This document shows positions 48,621 through 61,723 of a DNA stretch of 64,000 nucleotides, piece after piece. Below the pieces are notes generated by a model. It did no database searches. It saw nothing but the letters and a program-made list of their open reading frames with translations, and had not been told where the DNA came from. The stretch comes from Octopus sinensis (Eukaryota): positions 39,804,001-39,868,000 of the forward strand of contig NC_042997.1 in NCBI RefSeq assembly GCF_006345805.1. The letters run 5' to 3'. Numbering within the stretch: the stretch's first letter is position 1; each line of letters opens with the position of its first letter. The position numbers and the translations under genes are program-made.

Positions 48621-50840
48621 TACGAATTGACAGTACCTTGGTAGATAAAGCAATTAAGAGTATGAAGACCGGGAAAGCCACTGGCCCATCAGGAATCACT
48701 GCAGAGATGCTCAAAATATCTGGCAGTGTCAGCTATAGTCTAGTCAACTTTATAGGTAACCAGGTGATACACGAAGGAATTATATCCAATGACTGGTGTA
48801 GCAGCTCCATAGTCAATTGCTACAAATGTAAAAGTGACGCTTTAGATACAAATAATTACAGAGGTATCAAGTTGTTGGATCAGGTAATGAAGCTCATGGA
48901 GAGGGTCATAGCCCAACTAATTTGGGAGAGAGTCAGTTTAGATGAGATGCAGTTTGGGTTTGTGCCAGGGAAAAGCACCACTGATGCTATATTTCTGGTA
49001 AGACAGCTACAGGAGAAATATCTAGCCAAAGATAAACCTCCGTACTTGGCTTTCGTTGACATGGAGAAAGCCTTTGACAGGGTCCCCCGATCCCTTATCT
49101 GGTGGTCAATGAGGAAACAAGGGATAGATGAATGGTTAGTGAGAGCTGTGCAAGCCATGTACAGAGATGCTGTCAGTAAGGTGAAAGTTGGCAACGAGTA
49201 CAGTGAAGAATTCCGGGTAGGGGTCCACCAAGGTTCAGTCCTCAGCCCCCTCCTATTTATCATAGTCCTCCAGGCAATAACAGAGGAATTCAAGACAGGA
49301 TGCCCCTGGGAGCTCCTCTGTGCTGACGACCTTGCTCTAATTGCTGAGTCACTATCAGAACTAGAGGAGAAGTTTCAGGTGTGGAAGCAAGGATTAGAAT
49401 CGAAGTCAACCTAGCTATATTCAAAGTTCTAATAAGTAAGAAGGCAGGCAAACCACAAATCCCTTCAGGTAGATAGCCCTGCTTGATCTGTAGAAAAGGT
49501 GTCAGTAGAAACTCCATAAGATGTACCCAGTGTAAGCTATGGACACATATGAGGTGCAGCAATATCAAAGGGAGGCTAACTGGGAAGATAGTTTTTGTAT
49601 GTGGCAAATGCTCAGATGCTATAAACACAGAAAATATGCAGAGAACAGCTTGTCACTTTCCAGGGGGAAAAAACTAGAAGTAGTCGATAGCTTCCATTAT
49701 CTAGGTGACCAAGTCAGTAGCGGGGGTAGCTGCTCTGAAAGTGTAGCTGCTAGAATAAGAATAGCCTGGGCAAAGTTCAGAGAGCTCTTACCTCTGCTGG
49801 TGACAAAGGGCCTCTTGCTCAGAGTAAAAGGTAGACTGTATGATGCATGTGTACAAATAGCCATGCTACATGGCAGTGAAACATGGGTTGTGACTGCTGA
49901 GGACATGTGTAAGCTCGCAAGGAATGACGCCAGTATACTTCGCTGGGTGTGTAATGTCAGTGTGCATACTCGACAGTGTAAGTACCTTGAGAGAAAAGTT
50001 TGACCTAAGAAGCATCAGATGTGGTGTGCAAGAGAGATGACTGCACTGGTATGGTCATGTAGCAAGAATGGATGAGGATAGCTGTGTGAAAAATATCACA
50101 CCCTAGTGGTTGAGGGAACCTGTGGAAGAGGCAGACCTAGGATGAGGTAGTGAATTACGACCTTCGAACATTAGGCCTCACTGAGGTAATGACTAGTGAC
50201 CGAGACCTTTGGAAATATGGTGTGTGTGAGAAGACCCGGCAAGCCAAGTGAGACCATAACCCGTGGCCTATGCCAGGGGTGTAACCAGTCCACTTATGTG
50301 TACCTTTCCTTCATTGGACACTAAACTCTGCTTGCGAAGACCTGTTGAGGTAAGTGAAATCGAAATCTAATTTGTTGACTGGTACCATGCTAGTGGAGCA
50401 CTAAGAGCACCATCCGAGTGTGATTGTTGCCCGAACAGCTGACTGGTTTCCGTGCCGGTGGCACGTAAAAAGCACCATTCGAGTGTGATCATTACCAGTG
50501 TCACCTTACTGGCGCTTGTGCTGGTGTCACATGAAAAAAACATTCGAGCGAGGTCGTTGCCAGTGCTGCTGGATTGGCTCCTGTGTAGGTGGAACGTTAA
50601 AAACACCATTTGAGCATTGCCGTTGCTAGTACTACCTGGCTGGCCCTCATGCCAGTGGCATGTAAAAGCACCCACTACACTCACGGAGTGGTTGGCGTTA
50701 GGAAGGGCATCCAGCTGTAGAAACTCTGCTAGATCAGATTGGAGCCTGGTGCAGCCATTTGGTTTACCAGTCCTCAGTCAAATCGTTCAACCCCTGCTAG
50801 CATGGAAAGCAGACGTTTAACAAATGATGATGATGATGAT
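48621..50840 (+). mobile_element. 5'-truncated, frameshifted RTE LINE (RT, PHD-like finger, 3' UTR, (GAT)n tail)
   Basis: RT motifs KATGPSGI, NYRGIKLL, QFGFVPGKSTTDAIF, FVDMEKAFDRV, GVHQGSVLSPLLF, LCADDL, FHYLGD and MLHGSETW. Stop at ~50251, followed by a modular UTR to (GAT)n. Confidence 0.92.
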
Positions 50841-51049
50841 CAACACTGTGTAAAGTAGTTGACATTAGAAAGACATCCAGACATAGAAACCATGCTGATA
50901 ATGGAATGTGTAAGTGAGATGTTCCTGAGGAACCTAGGAAGGCAGTAATTTTTAATGAGAACAAATTCAGACCATGACAAACCACTCAAACCATGCTAGC
51001 ATGAAAAGTGGATATAAAACAAAGATAATGATGATGATGATGGTCCTTG

Positions 51050-51510
51050 GAAAACAAGAATTCTTACAAGCAACTGGTCTTGAATTCTTTTGTTAAACCC
51101 ATTGAACTATATTAAAAAAGAAGAGTCGAGAACCAAAGATTGATGAACACCTACCTTTTTATTAAGTTCCTTACTAAACTCCTTAGTAATTTTCACTTTG
51201 CTGTGTACAAGCCATTTACCTACACCCATTTCTTTTTTCTTTTTTTGTTATTTGCATGATAACCAAACTTCAGATTATGGTATCTTGCCAAAGGTCTTCA
51301 CCAGGTCATTGAATGTTGTTATAGTGGTTTGCTCTTGGTTAAAAGCTTTTGTTGTTATCCCACCAAAAAGTGGGTATTGAATTTCTCTGTCCTGATATAA
51401 ACCCAAATGATATCTCATCTAGGCCAAACCTCACCTTGAAAGCTGCACTATAACTCTCTTAACACTTTCATGACTTAATCCATCAATCCGATGCCTCTGT
51501 AATTACTCCT
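51050..51510 (-). mobile_element. Older RTE RT remnant
   Basis: Minus-strand GVGKWLV...FSKEL..KVGVHQSLVLDS. Confidence 0.55.
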
Positions 51511-51629
51511 TTCTAAAACATCTTATCTTAGAAGCAGTTAATGCTGTTGCTGTATTAGTTATCGGGAACAACTTCTTTCTACTACCTGAATGATGTATGT
51601 CCTACATCAATTGTTATTGTTAACATATA

Positions 51630-51794
51630 GGCGCAGGAGTGGCTGTGTGGTAAGTAGCTTGCTAACCAACCACATGGTTCCTGGTTCAGTCCCACTGCGT
51701 GGCATCTTGGGCAAGTGTCTTCTGCTATAGCCCCGGGCTGACCAATGCCTTGTGAGTGGATTTGGTAGACGGAAACTGAAAGAAGCCTGTCGTA

Positions 51795-51853
<59 letters not shown>

Positions 51854-51981
51854 CTGTGTTTGTCCCCCTAGCATTGCTTGACAACCAATGCTGGTGTGTT
51901 TACGTCCCAGGGTCAATTTGCTCGACTAAAGGCGGTGCTCCAGCATGGCCACAGTCAAATGACTGAAACTAGTAGAAGAGT
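51630..51981 (+). mobile_element. SINE family B with an internal deletion
   Basis: Head and tail are intact; the deletion joins gtccc to gggtc. Confidence 0.9.
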
Positions 51982-52189
51982 ATATTAGTAGCTATCTCTT
52001 GTTATCCAGCTGTTTTCTCAATTTGTATATCTTCAATCACTTTTTCAATAGCATAGTTGTCAATCTCCATAGCTGGTTCCTCTGAGCTAGTTTTTATTTT
52101 ACTCTCTTCATTTATCAACCACCCATAGTAGCATTTTCATGTCCCTCTCTTCTTATGTTTGAGAAAGTGAATGCATCACTGCCATTATA

Positions 52190-52815
52190 CAGGATGTTCA
52201 AAAAGTTTCTCATCAGTAAGTATTTTAATGCAAAATAAATATTCATAAGATGGTATAAGACTACAAAAAAATATATTAGACTTTACAAGACTTTAAAAAA
52301 CTTTAAAAGAGGTGTTGAAAGTGTCATCCTTCATTTTCAATACATAAAATTTAATTTCTTTTTTACTGCCGTGTGAGCATTTCCTAGGCTGATTTCCGTT
52401 TCCTGTGACAATTTGCATAAGGACTTTGATGAGCTTGCCAACAGTTTATTAGAAATATTGGAGAATATTTCGTCTGAAAGAACAGTAGGCCTATCGCTTC
52501 TTGCTGCATCTTCCACTGAGTTTGTGTTTCTAAATTTTCTTATCAAATACTGCACAGTGTCACGATGTGGAACAACAGTATTTGGAAAAGTTTCACTGAA
52601 TTTCTGTTTCACAGTATCTGTGTATTTGTTTCCAGCCTGCAACACCCATTCAACTAAAAACGTATGTTCTTCAATGCTTAGCATGTTGACATGCTGAAGG
52701 GTACACAATGACTGAGGAACAATGGCTGACACCTGTCCACCCACGTAGTGATAGCCAAGTTGTGCATGTGCAAGATGAAAAAGATTCACTATGGAGAGAC
52801 ATTTTGAACATCCCC
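52190..52815 (-). mobile_element. Internally deleted Tc1/mariner element
   Basis: TIR-like caggatgttcaaaaagtttctc / gagacattttgaacatcc. N-terminal HTH (MLSIEEH..LVE...KFSETFP...LIRKFRNTNSVED..RSDRP) is joined to the C-terminal EG.HFQHL. Confidence 0.8.
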
Positions 52816-53244
52816 TATATGCACTTTTCCCTGGCTGTATCCTGATTCACACAGACATCATCAACATCTAATGTCCATTTTCCATGCTGGCATGGGTTGG
52901 ATGACTTGACAGGATCTGGTAAGGGCTACATTATGTTTAGTGTTTAGATACGTATATTTCTATATTTATTTGTTAATCTATTATATGTTTAAATACTTAA
53001 ATTTATTTTATCATAATTTTAGACCTGAAGAGTGGCTATATTTTTAAATCGAATTAATTTTAGATCGATTTGATTTTAATAGTATTGATTTTATTATTAT
53101 CGATTTAAAGATATAATCATGAAAGGCACATGGTGAATTTAATGTTTATTTAATTTAGTGTTTTTTTAAATAATATTTATTATAGTATATTTAAATTTTT
53201 TCTATATGATGACTTGCTAATTAGAGGTTATTTCTCTTAATTAT

Positions 53245-53300
<56 letters not shown>

Positions 53301-53304
<4 letters not shown>

Positions 53305-55105
53305 TCATCGTTTAACGTCCGTTCTCCATGCTAGCATGGATTGGACGGTTCGACCGGGGATCTGGGAAGCCAGAAGGCTGCACCAGGCTCCAGTCTTATC
53401 TGGCAATGTTTCTACAGCTGGATGCCCTTCCTAACGCCAACCACTCCGTGAGTGTAGTGGGTGCTTTTTACGTGCCACCTGCACAGGTGCCAGGCGAGGC
53501 TGGCAATGGCCACGGTAGGATTGGTGTATTTAGTTTTGTAAGACAAAATTTTATCGAATAGGTAGGAATTTTTATTTGTTATGTAATATTGCATTTAAGT
53601 AAATACTTTTAATAATAATTGAAACTTTGGTTAATTCTATAAATGAGTATAATATTAAATCTATATATAAATTGAATTAATTATATAATCAGTTTAACTA
53701 ATTTGTGTGTATATATTAGAACCATTTTTCTATTTTCAATTCTTGTAGTTATAACTTTTAGTAGTATTATGTATATAAGTTAGCATGAAGTTTTTTAGTA
53801 TATATTACTTAATTAGAATAAGATTTAACTTAGGTGTTTATTAAGTAAATAAATAATTTAATGTATATAGATTAAATTATATATATACACACACATGCAT
53901 TATTTACTATTTATTATTTAATTGAACACCATGCATCCATTTCCAAGTATCTATCTATATATATATATAAATCATACATATATATAGTATATATATAATA
54001 TAATATATATATATATATATCTTATTATAAAAGGCAGATTTTATCTGCCTCCCTTTGGGAGTTATACAAATCTACAATATAGGATTTCTTCAATTACAAT
54101 TTACCTAGCATTTTTAAGAGTACAATGCATCGCGTCATGCCAGCTCCAGTTTTTAAAATTTAAACTCCAATTAAGCAAAATTTACAGAAAACTCACATTC
54201 TGGTGTGTGTGTCAAATGCTTTTCTTAGTCTGGTTTACACCACACGCAAACGCACACACACAGTGGGCAATGAATAAAATGAAAGTAATTCGCTTACTGT
54301 AGTGAGTGATTCTTTCACTCTGCCTCCCACTTCCTCTTTCCACACATAGACATGCAAATATATAAATAAAATTGTAAGCTAACGTGCGTGTGTGTGAGTG
54401 TGTGTGTGTGTGCGCGTGTGTGTGTGTGTGAGGGTGCGTGTGTGTGTGTGTGTGTGCGTGTGCGTGAGTGTGTGACAGGAAAGTTTTTACGACGAATATA
54501 ACACCTATATCCAAGTAGCAGAAAGATAAGACAGTAAGGTGTGATTTGAGGGAGATTTGGCTGCTATTTCTACCATGTCTAGCTGCCATGTAGGGGTCTC
54601 CCTCATAGGCTCATACATACATATATACATAGATAAGACAGTAAGGTGTGATTTGGGGGAAATTTCGCTGCTATTTCTACCAGGTCTAGCTACCATGTAG
54701 AGGTCCCCCTCATTGGCTCATATATATATACATAAGACAGTAAGGTGTGATTTGAGGGAGATTTGGCTGCTGTTTCTACCAGGTCTGTTAGGCCTTCTCA
54801 TGTAAACTCAAGCTTTCTCATGCCTTGAACATAAGACCAAAGCAGAGAATGTATTCTTTTATTCTTCTGCTTTTTCCAGCCATTGGTCTGTGGCCATGCT
54901 GGGGCAATGCCTTGAAGAATTGTAGTTTAATGAATCAACTCCAGTTTTATTTTTGTAAGCATTGTACTTATTCTATCTGTTTCCTTTGTCAAACCACTAG
55001 GTGACAGGGATGTAAACAACCAACATTCGTTGTCAAGCAGTGGTGGAGGACAATCACAAGCACAGACACGCACACACACACACATACATGCATACACATA
55101 TACAC

Positions 55106-55140
<35 letters not shown>

Positions 55141-55836
55141 TATATATTATATATATATATATCATCATCGTTTAACGTCCGTTCTCCATGCTAGCATGGA
55201 TTGGACGGTTCGACCGGGGATCTGGGAAGCCAGAAGGCTGCACCAGGCTCCAGTCTTATCTGGCAATGTTTCTACAGCTGGATGCCCTTCCTAACGCCAA
55301 CCACTCCGTGAGTGTAGTGGGTGCTTTTTACGTGCCACCTGCACAGGTGCCAGGCGAGGCTGGCAATGGCCACGGTAGGATTGGTGTATTTAGTTTTGTA
55401 AGACAAAATTTTATCGAATAGGTAGGAATTTTTATTTGTTATGTAATATTGCATTTAAGTAAATACTTTTAATAATAATTGAAACTTTGGTTAATTCTAT
55501 AAATGAGTATAATATTAAATCTATATATAAATTGAATTAATTATATAATCAGTTTAACTAATTTGTGTGTATATATTAGAACCATTTTTCTATTTTCAAT
55601 TCTTGTAGTTATAACTTTTAGTAGTATTATGTATATAAGTTAGCATGAAGTTTTTTAGTATATATTACTAAATTTAACTTAGGTGTTTATTAAGTAAATA
55701 AATAATTTAATGTATATAGATTAAATTATATATATACACACACATGCATTATTTACTATTTATTATTTAATTGAACACCATGCATCCATTTCCAAGTATC
55801 TATCTATATATATATATAAATCATACATATATATAG

Positions 55837-55874
<38 letters not shown>

Positions 55875-56959
55875 CTTATTATAAAAGGCAGATTTTATCT
55901 GCCTCCCTTTGGGAGTTATACAAATCTACAATATAGGATTTCTTCAATTACAATTTACCTAGCATTTTTAAGAGTACAATGCATCGCGTCATGCCAGCTC
56001 CAGTTTTTAAAATTTAAACTCCAATTAAGCAAAATTTACAGAAAACTCACATTCTGGTGTGTGTGTCAAATGCTTTTCTTAGTCTGGTTTACACCACACG
56101 CAAACGCACACACACAGTGGGCAATGAATAAAATGAAAGTAATTCGCTTACTGTAGTGAGTGATTCTTTCACTCTGCCTCCCACTTCCTCTTTCCACACA
56201 TAGACATGCAAATATATAAATAAAATTGTAAGCTAACGTGCGTGTGTGTGTGAGTGTGTGTGTGTGTGTGCGTGTGTGTGTGTGTGAGGGTGCGTGTGTG
56301 TGTGTGTGTGTGCGTGTGCGTGAGTGTGTGACAGGAAAGTTTTTACGACGAATATAACACCTATATCCAAGTAGCAGAAAGATAAGACAGTAAGGTGTGA
56401 TTTGAGGGAGATTTGGCTGCTATTTCTACCATGTCTAGCTGCCATGTAGGGGTCTCCCTCATAGGCTCATACATACATATATACATAGATAAGACAGTAA
56501 GGTGTGATTTGGGGGAAATTCGCTGCTATTTCTACCAGGTCTAGCTACCATGTAGAGGTCCCCCTCATTGGCTCATATATATACATAAGACAGTAAGGTG
56601 TGATTTGAGGGAGATTTGGCTGCTGTTTCTACCAGGTCTGTTAGGCCTTCTCATGTAAACTCAAGCTTTCTCATGCCTTGAACATAAGACCAAAGCAGAG
56701 AATGTATTCTTTTATTCTTCTGCTTTTTCCAGCCATTGGTCTGTGGCCATGCTGGGGCAATGCCTTGAAGAATTGTAGTTTAATGAATCAACTCCAGTTT
56801 TATTTTTGTAAGCATTGTACTTATTCTATCTGTTTCCTTTGTCAAACCACTAGGTGACAGGGATGTAAACAAACCAACATTCGTTGTCAAGCAGTGGTGG
56901 AGGACAATCACAAGCACAGACACGCACACACACACACATACATGCATACACATATACAC

Positions 56960-57005
<46 letters not shown>

Positions 57006-57010
57006 GTGTA
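53301..57010. repeat. Tandem duplication of a ~1.86 kb unit (53301-55160; 55161-~57010)
   Basis: Near-identical copies of an RTE tail, AT-rich DNA, a Helitron-like 5' end, three ~107-bp repeats and a SINE remnant. Junctions lie in (TACA)n(TA)n. Confidence 0.95.
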
Positions 57011-57018
57011 TATATATA

Positions 57019-57276
57019 TTGCAGCGTGGAAGGTGTTTGTAAGCCATTTAAGAAACACACAAAAACCGTTACATTCACTTCAACATTTAAATTTAATTTG
57101 CCAAAATATTTTCCTCGCTTTGAGACCGCGACCTGTTCACTGACAAAAATATCGTGCTAAAAGGTCGCGGTCTCAAAGCAACGAAAATATTTTGACAAAT
57201 TAGATTTAAATGTTGAAGTGAATCTAACGGTTTTCTGTGTTTCTTAAATGGCTTATAAACACCTTCAACGCTGCAA
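57019..57276. repeat. ~115-bp-arm fold-back (probable Penelope-type inverted pLTR remnant)
   Basis: ttgcagcg...gaccgcgacct / aggtcgcggtc...cgctgcaa. Confidence 0.85.
57097..57147 (-). ncRNA. Minimal type I hammerhead ribozyme-like motif (G3-C8 variant, degenerate)
   Basis: UUUGUCA-GUGAACA-G-GUCGC(ggucucaaa)GCGA[G/C]-GAAA-AUAU-UU-UG[G/A]CAAA gives stems I and II, the core and a palindromic loop 3. Confidence 0.6.
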
Positions 57277-57438
57277 CTGTTTTCGTTCCAGCACACGATC
57301 TCAGATCAAGTCACTTGCTATGCAAGTACATCTCTGTAACTATATATATATTTATATATATATATATATGTATATTGGTAAAAACAGTAAGATAACAAAA
57401 GAAAGAAAGAGACCTCAATATTATGTAAATAGAGGAAA

Positions 57439-57833
57439 TCTTTATATATAAAAGTGAGGTTGTGTGTCTGTCTCCTACGATTTAGATTCCTAACTACTCC
57501 CACATTTTGCGGTGCAGTTTAACCAAAACCGGGTATCTTATAGTCGTGATTCATATCGAGACCGTCTGGGTATTAGCGCGCGTCTACGATGAGTCTACGA
57601 TTTAAAAAAAAATTTACCATCAATTTTTCCCATTTTTAATCCATTTTTGACATATATAAGGGAAGTAACTCTCTAAAATTTATTATTAAATCTCAGAACG
57701 TAAAAAGCTACAGTAACACCCTTCCCCCTTTGTGGTTAGCCATATTGAGATGGCTATTATACTTTACATCTCTAAAAATGCTTATATAATTATTTCCCTT
57801 ACAAACCCGAGCAACGCCGGGCGATACTGCTAG
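57439..57833 (+). mobile_element. Non-autonomous Helitron-like element (best-preserved copy)
   Basis: A|TC ... CCCGAGCAACGCCGGG hairpin ... CTAG|T, with no TSD. Confidence 0.85.
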
Positions 57834-57868
57834 TATAGTATATATATAATATATATATAGTATCTCTA

Positions 57869-58209
57869 TCTCTATATATAAACGGCAAAATGTCTGTGTG
57901 TGTGTGCCTGTCCTTTATACAAATCCACAATTTTTCAGTTAGAGGGCTCGCACTTTCTATGGTCATTCAAAACCTTCCAAGGGTGGTCATGCACATCTTT
58001 ACATTTCCCCAGTTACCCCGCAAAGCCATTAAAAAAATCAATAAAGGTGACTTTTTTTGTGAATTTTCTATCCAAAACCCAATCAAAATGCCTGAAACTT
58101 GATATGCCAATTGAATGCCAGCTAGCTGTATGTGATTGGTCAGAGATTTGGTCAGTACTTGCGTGTATGTGCACACGCACACAGCTGTATATGCATGCAC
58201 TAGCACTAG
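57869..58209 (+). mobile_element. Possible second Helitron-like element stacked downstream
   Basis: TCTCTATATATAAAC start followed by (TG)n. CTAG|T at 58206-58210; hairpin not clear. Confidence 0.4.
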
Positions 58210-58289
58210 TAATAGTAATAAATAGTAATAGTACTAAATAAATAAATAAATATATATATATATGTGTGTGTGTGTGTATGAGTAAATAA

Positions 58290-60330
58290 CACTTAGAAGG
58301 AGGTGCTTTTTCCACTCACTGAAGTGAATGGAGCCTTGGCCAAGATGAACTGATGTAATCAGATGGTATCCAACATTCATTAGGTGTTTCGAACCTGAAT
58401 TGTAACACCCTCCTGTTGGTGGCCAAATCACTGCTCATAATCTCCTGGTTTCCAATTTAACTCTTCTCTCTTGCTCCAAAGCCAACAAGAGGCTCTTTCA
58501 GCTGCTTCTCCCATCCTGTGCACAACCACCCTTCATTCTTTCTTCTCATTTCAACGACAGTAAGCGTCCTCCATGTTGACTGAGCAGGGAACTCCCTACA
58601 GCCGGCTTTGACTTGGAAAAGCCATACCGTTCACCCCTTCTCCCTGCAGTCCTGCAGAAGACTCTCATATTTGGCATGGTTCCATTCATAGACCCTCTTC
58701 CCACTGGACTGTGAGCTCAATTAAGATTATTTCCTCAGTCTTTTCAAACTACAGAACCATATCTGGTCTCAGGGTTGTATGAATGTCCTGGGGGAGACTG
58801 GAGTCTCTCTCTTAGGTCCACCTTCATGTCTTATGATTGGGATTCTTGTAACAAGCTGTGTCATTTTTGCTGACTTTACTGGCTTCACTCCCTCTTTTAT
58901 GAACTTAATTGCTGCTGTTGATGATGTTGATGATGATGTTTCTTGAGCCTTTACTGCTCTAGGGTGTGAGCAAGTGTTACAAGCACCTTGTCATGGCACC
59001 ACTTGTTTCTTCCTTGTGAAATTGCTCTTCTGCAATCTGAAAAGATGTGTGCCAGTGTGCCTCTTTCTCCACAAACTCTACACAACTAGTTTTCCCTCAA
59101 ATCCCATTTGTGCAGGTCTGTTGGCATCAGGAGTGTGACATACACTGCCTGCAGCAGGAAGGAGATGTGGAAAGGTTCCAGTATCCACAGGTCAGTCCAT
59201 GTGACCTTCCTCTTAGGGAGGTCCCATTTAGTCTAGACACCCTGAGATACCAGCTCCACAACTCTTGATCTTCTTTCTTCACCTTGGTACTGTACTTCTG
59301 CCTGGATCATGGCTCTTCTCTCCCTGATGTCTGCCTTCTTCCATTGTTGGAAATAGAACCGAGACCCTGGCAACCTCTGCATGTAACTCCAATGATGTTG
59401 TGTAGCTCCAGCACACTTTCAGCCTGAGTGACTGCTGTGCTAGCTACTCACTTTTGCTCAGACCTTGTTGTAATACCTACATGTCTGACAAGCTTTTCCT
59501 TTCAGTCTCTGTACACCATTACAACATTACATTTTATTACTTTAAATTCCTCCACTATGGATGACAGGGTGAGTTGTAGCTGTCCAGAACTTATTTTCTC
59601 GTTTATCGTTTACTTGTTTTAGTCATTTGACTGCGGCCATGCTGGAGCACCGCCTTTAATCGAGCAACTCGACCCCGAGACTTATTCTTTGTAAGCCCAG
59701 TACTTATTCTATCGATCTCTTTTTGCCGAACTGCTAAGTGACGGGGACATAAACACACCAGCATCGGTTGTCAAGCAATGCTAGGAGGACAAACGCAGAC
59801 ACACATACATATATATATATACATATATATGACAGGCTTCTTTCAGTTTCCGTCTACCAAATCCACTCACAAGGCATTGGTCGGCCCGAGGCTATAGCAG
59901 AAGACACTTGCCCAAGATGCCACGCAATGGGACTGAACCTGGAACCATGTGGTTGGTAAACAAGCTACTTACCACACAGCCACTCCTGCGCCTATGTATA
60001 GATCTATTGAAGTGAAGCTTGGGGGAACACCTAACCATCTTCAGTGGTATTTATTTACCTTCCTCTCTACCATTTCCACGCTTGTCATTGGAATCTCATA
60101 TACTGTAAATAACCATATGAATCTTAGTAGCAATCCATGTTGGTAGAGCCATGCCCTGTATTTTCCTGGACGCCTTGATCTTTCAGTCCTCCTTAGCCAC
60201 GCCTCTGTTTGCTTCACAGTATTGGTGACATTGCTTCTGTCTGAGAGCAACTTGTCAAACATCTTTCCAAGGCATTTAATTGGATTTTCCTCCATTAATG
60301 GAATGGCCTCTCCTTGCACTTGCAGCTTGA
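58290..60330 (-). mobile_element. Decayed RLE-type non-LTR retrotransposon (HERO-like)
   Basis: Minus strand: NPIKCLGK...PGKYRAWLYQHGLLLR.IW...VYEIP (post-RT), CCHC knuckle CRVC...AHIFSDC, WCHDKVL, and RLE motifs TTLRPDMV...LIELTVQWEE...KYE. Interrupted by a SINE. Confidence 0.75.
59608..59992 (-). mobile_element. SINE family B inside the HERO-like element
   Basis: Full-length reverse complement. Confidence 0.9.
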
Positions 60331-61099
60331 TTTTATTTGCATATATTATATATAAATATATATATATATATTATATATGCATACCAGCAAAGTATACTAG
60401 AAGGGTTTATTTATATATGGAATAAATTATGCAAACAAATTTTTGAATAAAATTATTTGACTATTTTGATATCAACTTGCCTTAAGAATTTCTCTGGTTC
60501 TATGGTGCAAACTTCATGTTTAAAAGCTCTCCATCATAATTTCACATTCTAAATATTAACTTAATAACGACAAAGTTATTTTATTAAGTTTTTCATTATT
60601 TTCAAAATTAATTGAAACAAAAGGCAGTGTATTTTTACAGGAATATGGTAACAAAAGGGTTAACGTAATAATTATTTGACTGTAAACATACTTGATTCCA
60701 CAAATTTTCTATGACTTTCATAATCTTTCAAATTTCAAGTTAGCCTGATTCCTTGTTCAACTCACCTACAAATACAAAATTTTTAATTAAAAAAATTAAT
60801 TTTCCATTCTGTAAATTCAACATTTCCACTATAGTATTTTTTAACTTTTGATTGAGAAAATCAATTGTATTCTTGCAAAAAATAAATTTTTTATTGTAAA
60901 CTTTTTTAATTTATCAGTTAAAAGAAAAGAAACTTGCTAGTGTTTCTGTGAGATACAGACAGTACTATAGAAGCTATTTGCTTTTGATGTGCATATTAAT
61001 AGAATGATTGTTTATTAATATAGTCACATCATTATGTTCATGTATCAATCTTAATCTTTTAGTCTATTCCTCACTCTTCTCTCTACTCTAATATTCAGA

Positions 61100-61320
61100 C
61101 CAGATGCCAGACCCCACTGGCACCTGTGCAGGTGGCACGTAAAAAGCACCCACTACACTCGCGGAGTGGTTGGCGTTAGGAAGGGCATCCAGCCGTAGAA
61201 ACACTGCCAAATCAGACTGGAGCCTGGTGCAGCCCCTGGCTTCCCAGACCCCGGTTGAACCATCCAACCCGTGCTAGCGCGGAAAACGGACGTTAAACGA
61301 TGATGATGATGATGATGATG
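61100..61320 (+). mobile_element. RTE LINE 3' UTR fragment
   Basis: Family sequence ending in (GAT)n. Confidence 0.85.
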
Positions 61321-61723
61321 AATCTACCTTGCACTTTTTCAATTTCTTCTTTCTCTCCCCTTTTCCACAATACTGGCCAATCCATTTAGTAGTGTTTGCT
61401 TTCTCCTGCAGCTACTCCTCTTCTTTCCCCATTTGTATGGCAGGATAGGAAGACATAGGCCATCCAGTCATCAGTCTGTCCAACCGTCCATCCAGCCGTT
61501 TTCACCTTTTGCTATTCCTCGGAGGGCCATGGTAGTAGAGTCCTTAGGCACCTCCTCCATAGAGTTTTATGAGAAGCAAGTGCTATTACACTTTCCTGCT
61601 GGTTTCCTAAGCATTGAGAGGCTACAGTGACAGTACTACATACATGTGGTTAGACTGTCACAGGGAAGGATAGCATACACACACACACACACACACACAT
61701 GACAGGAGGGTCTCTCAGTTTCT

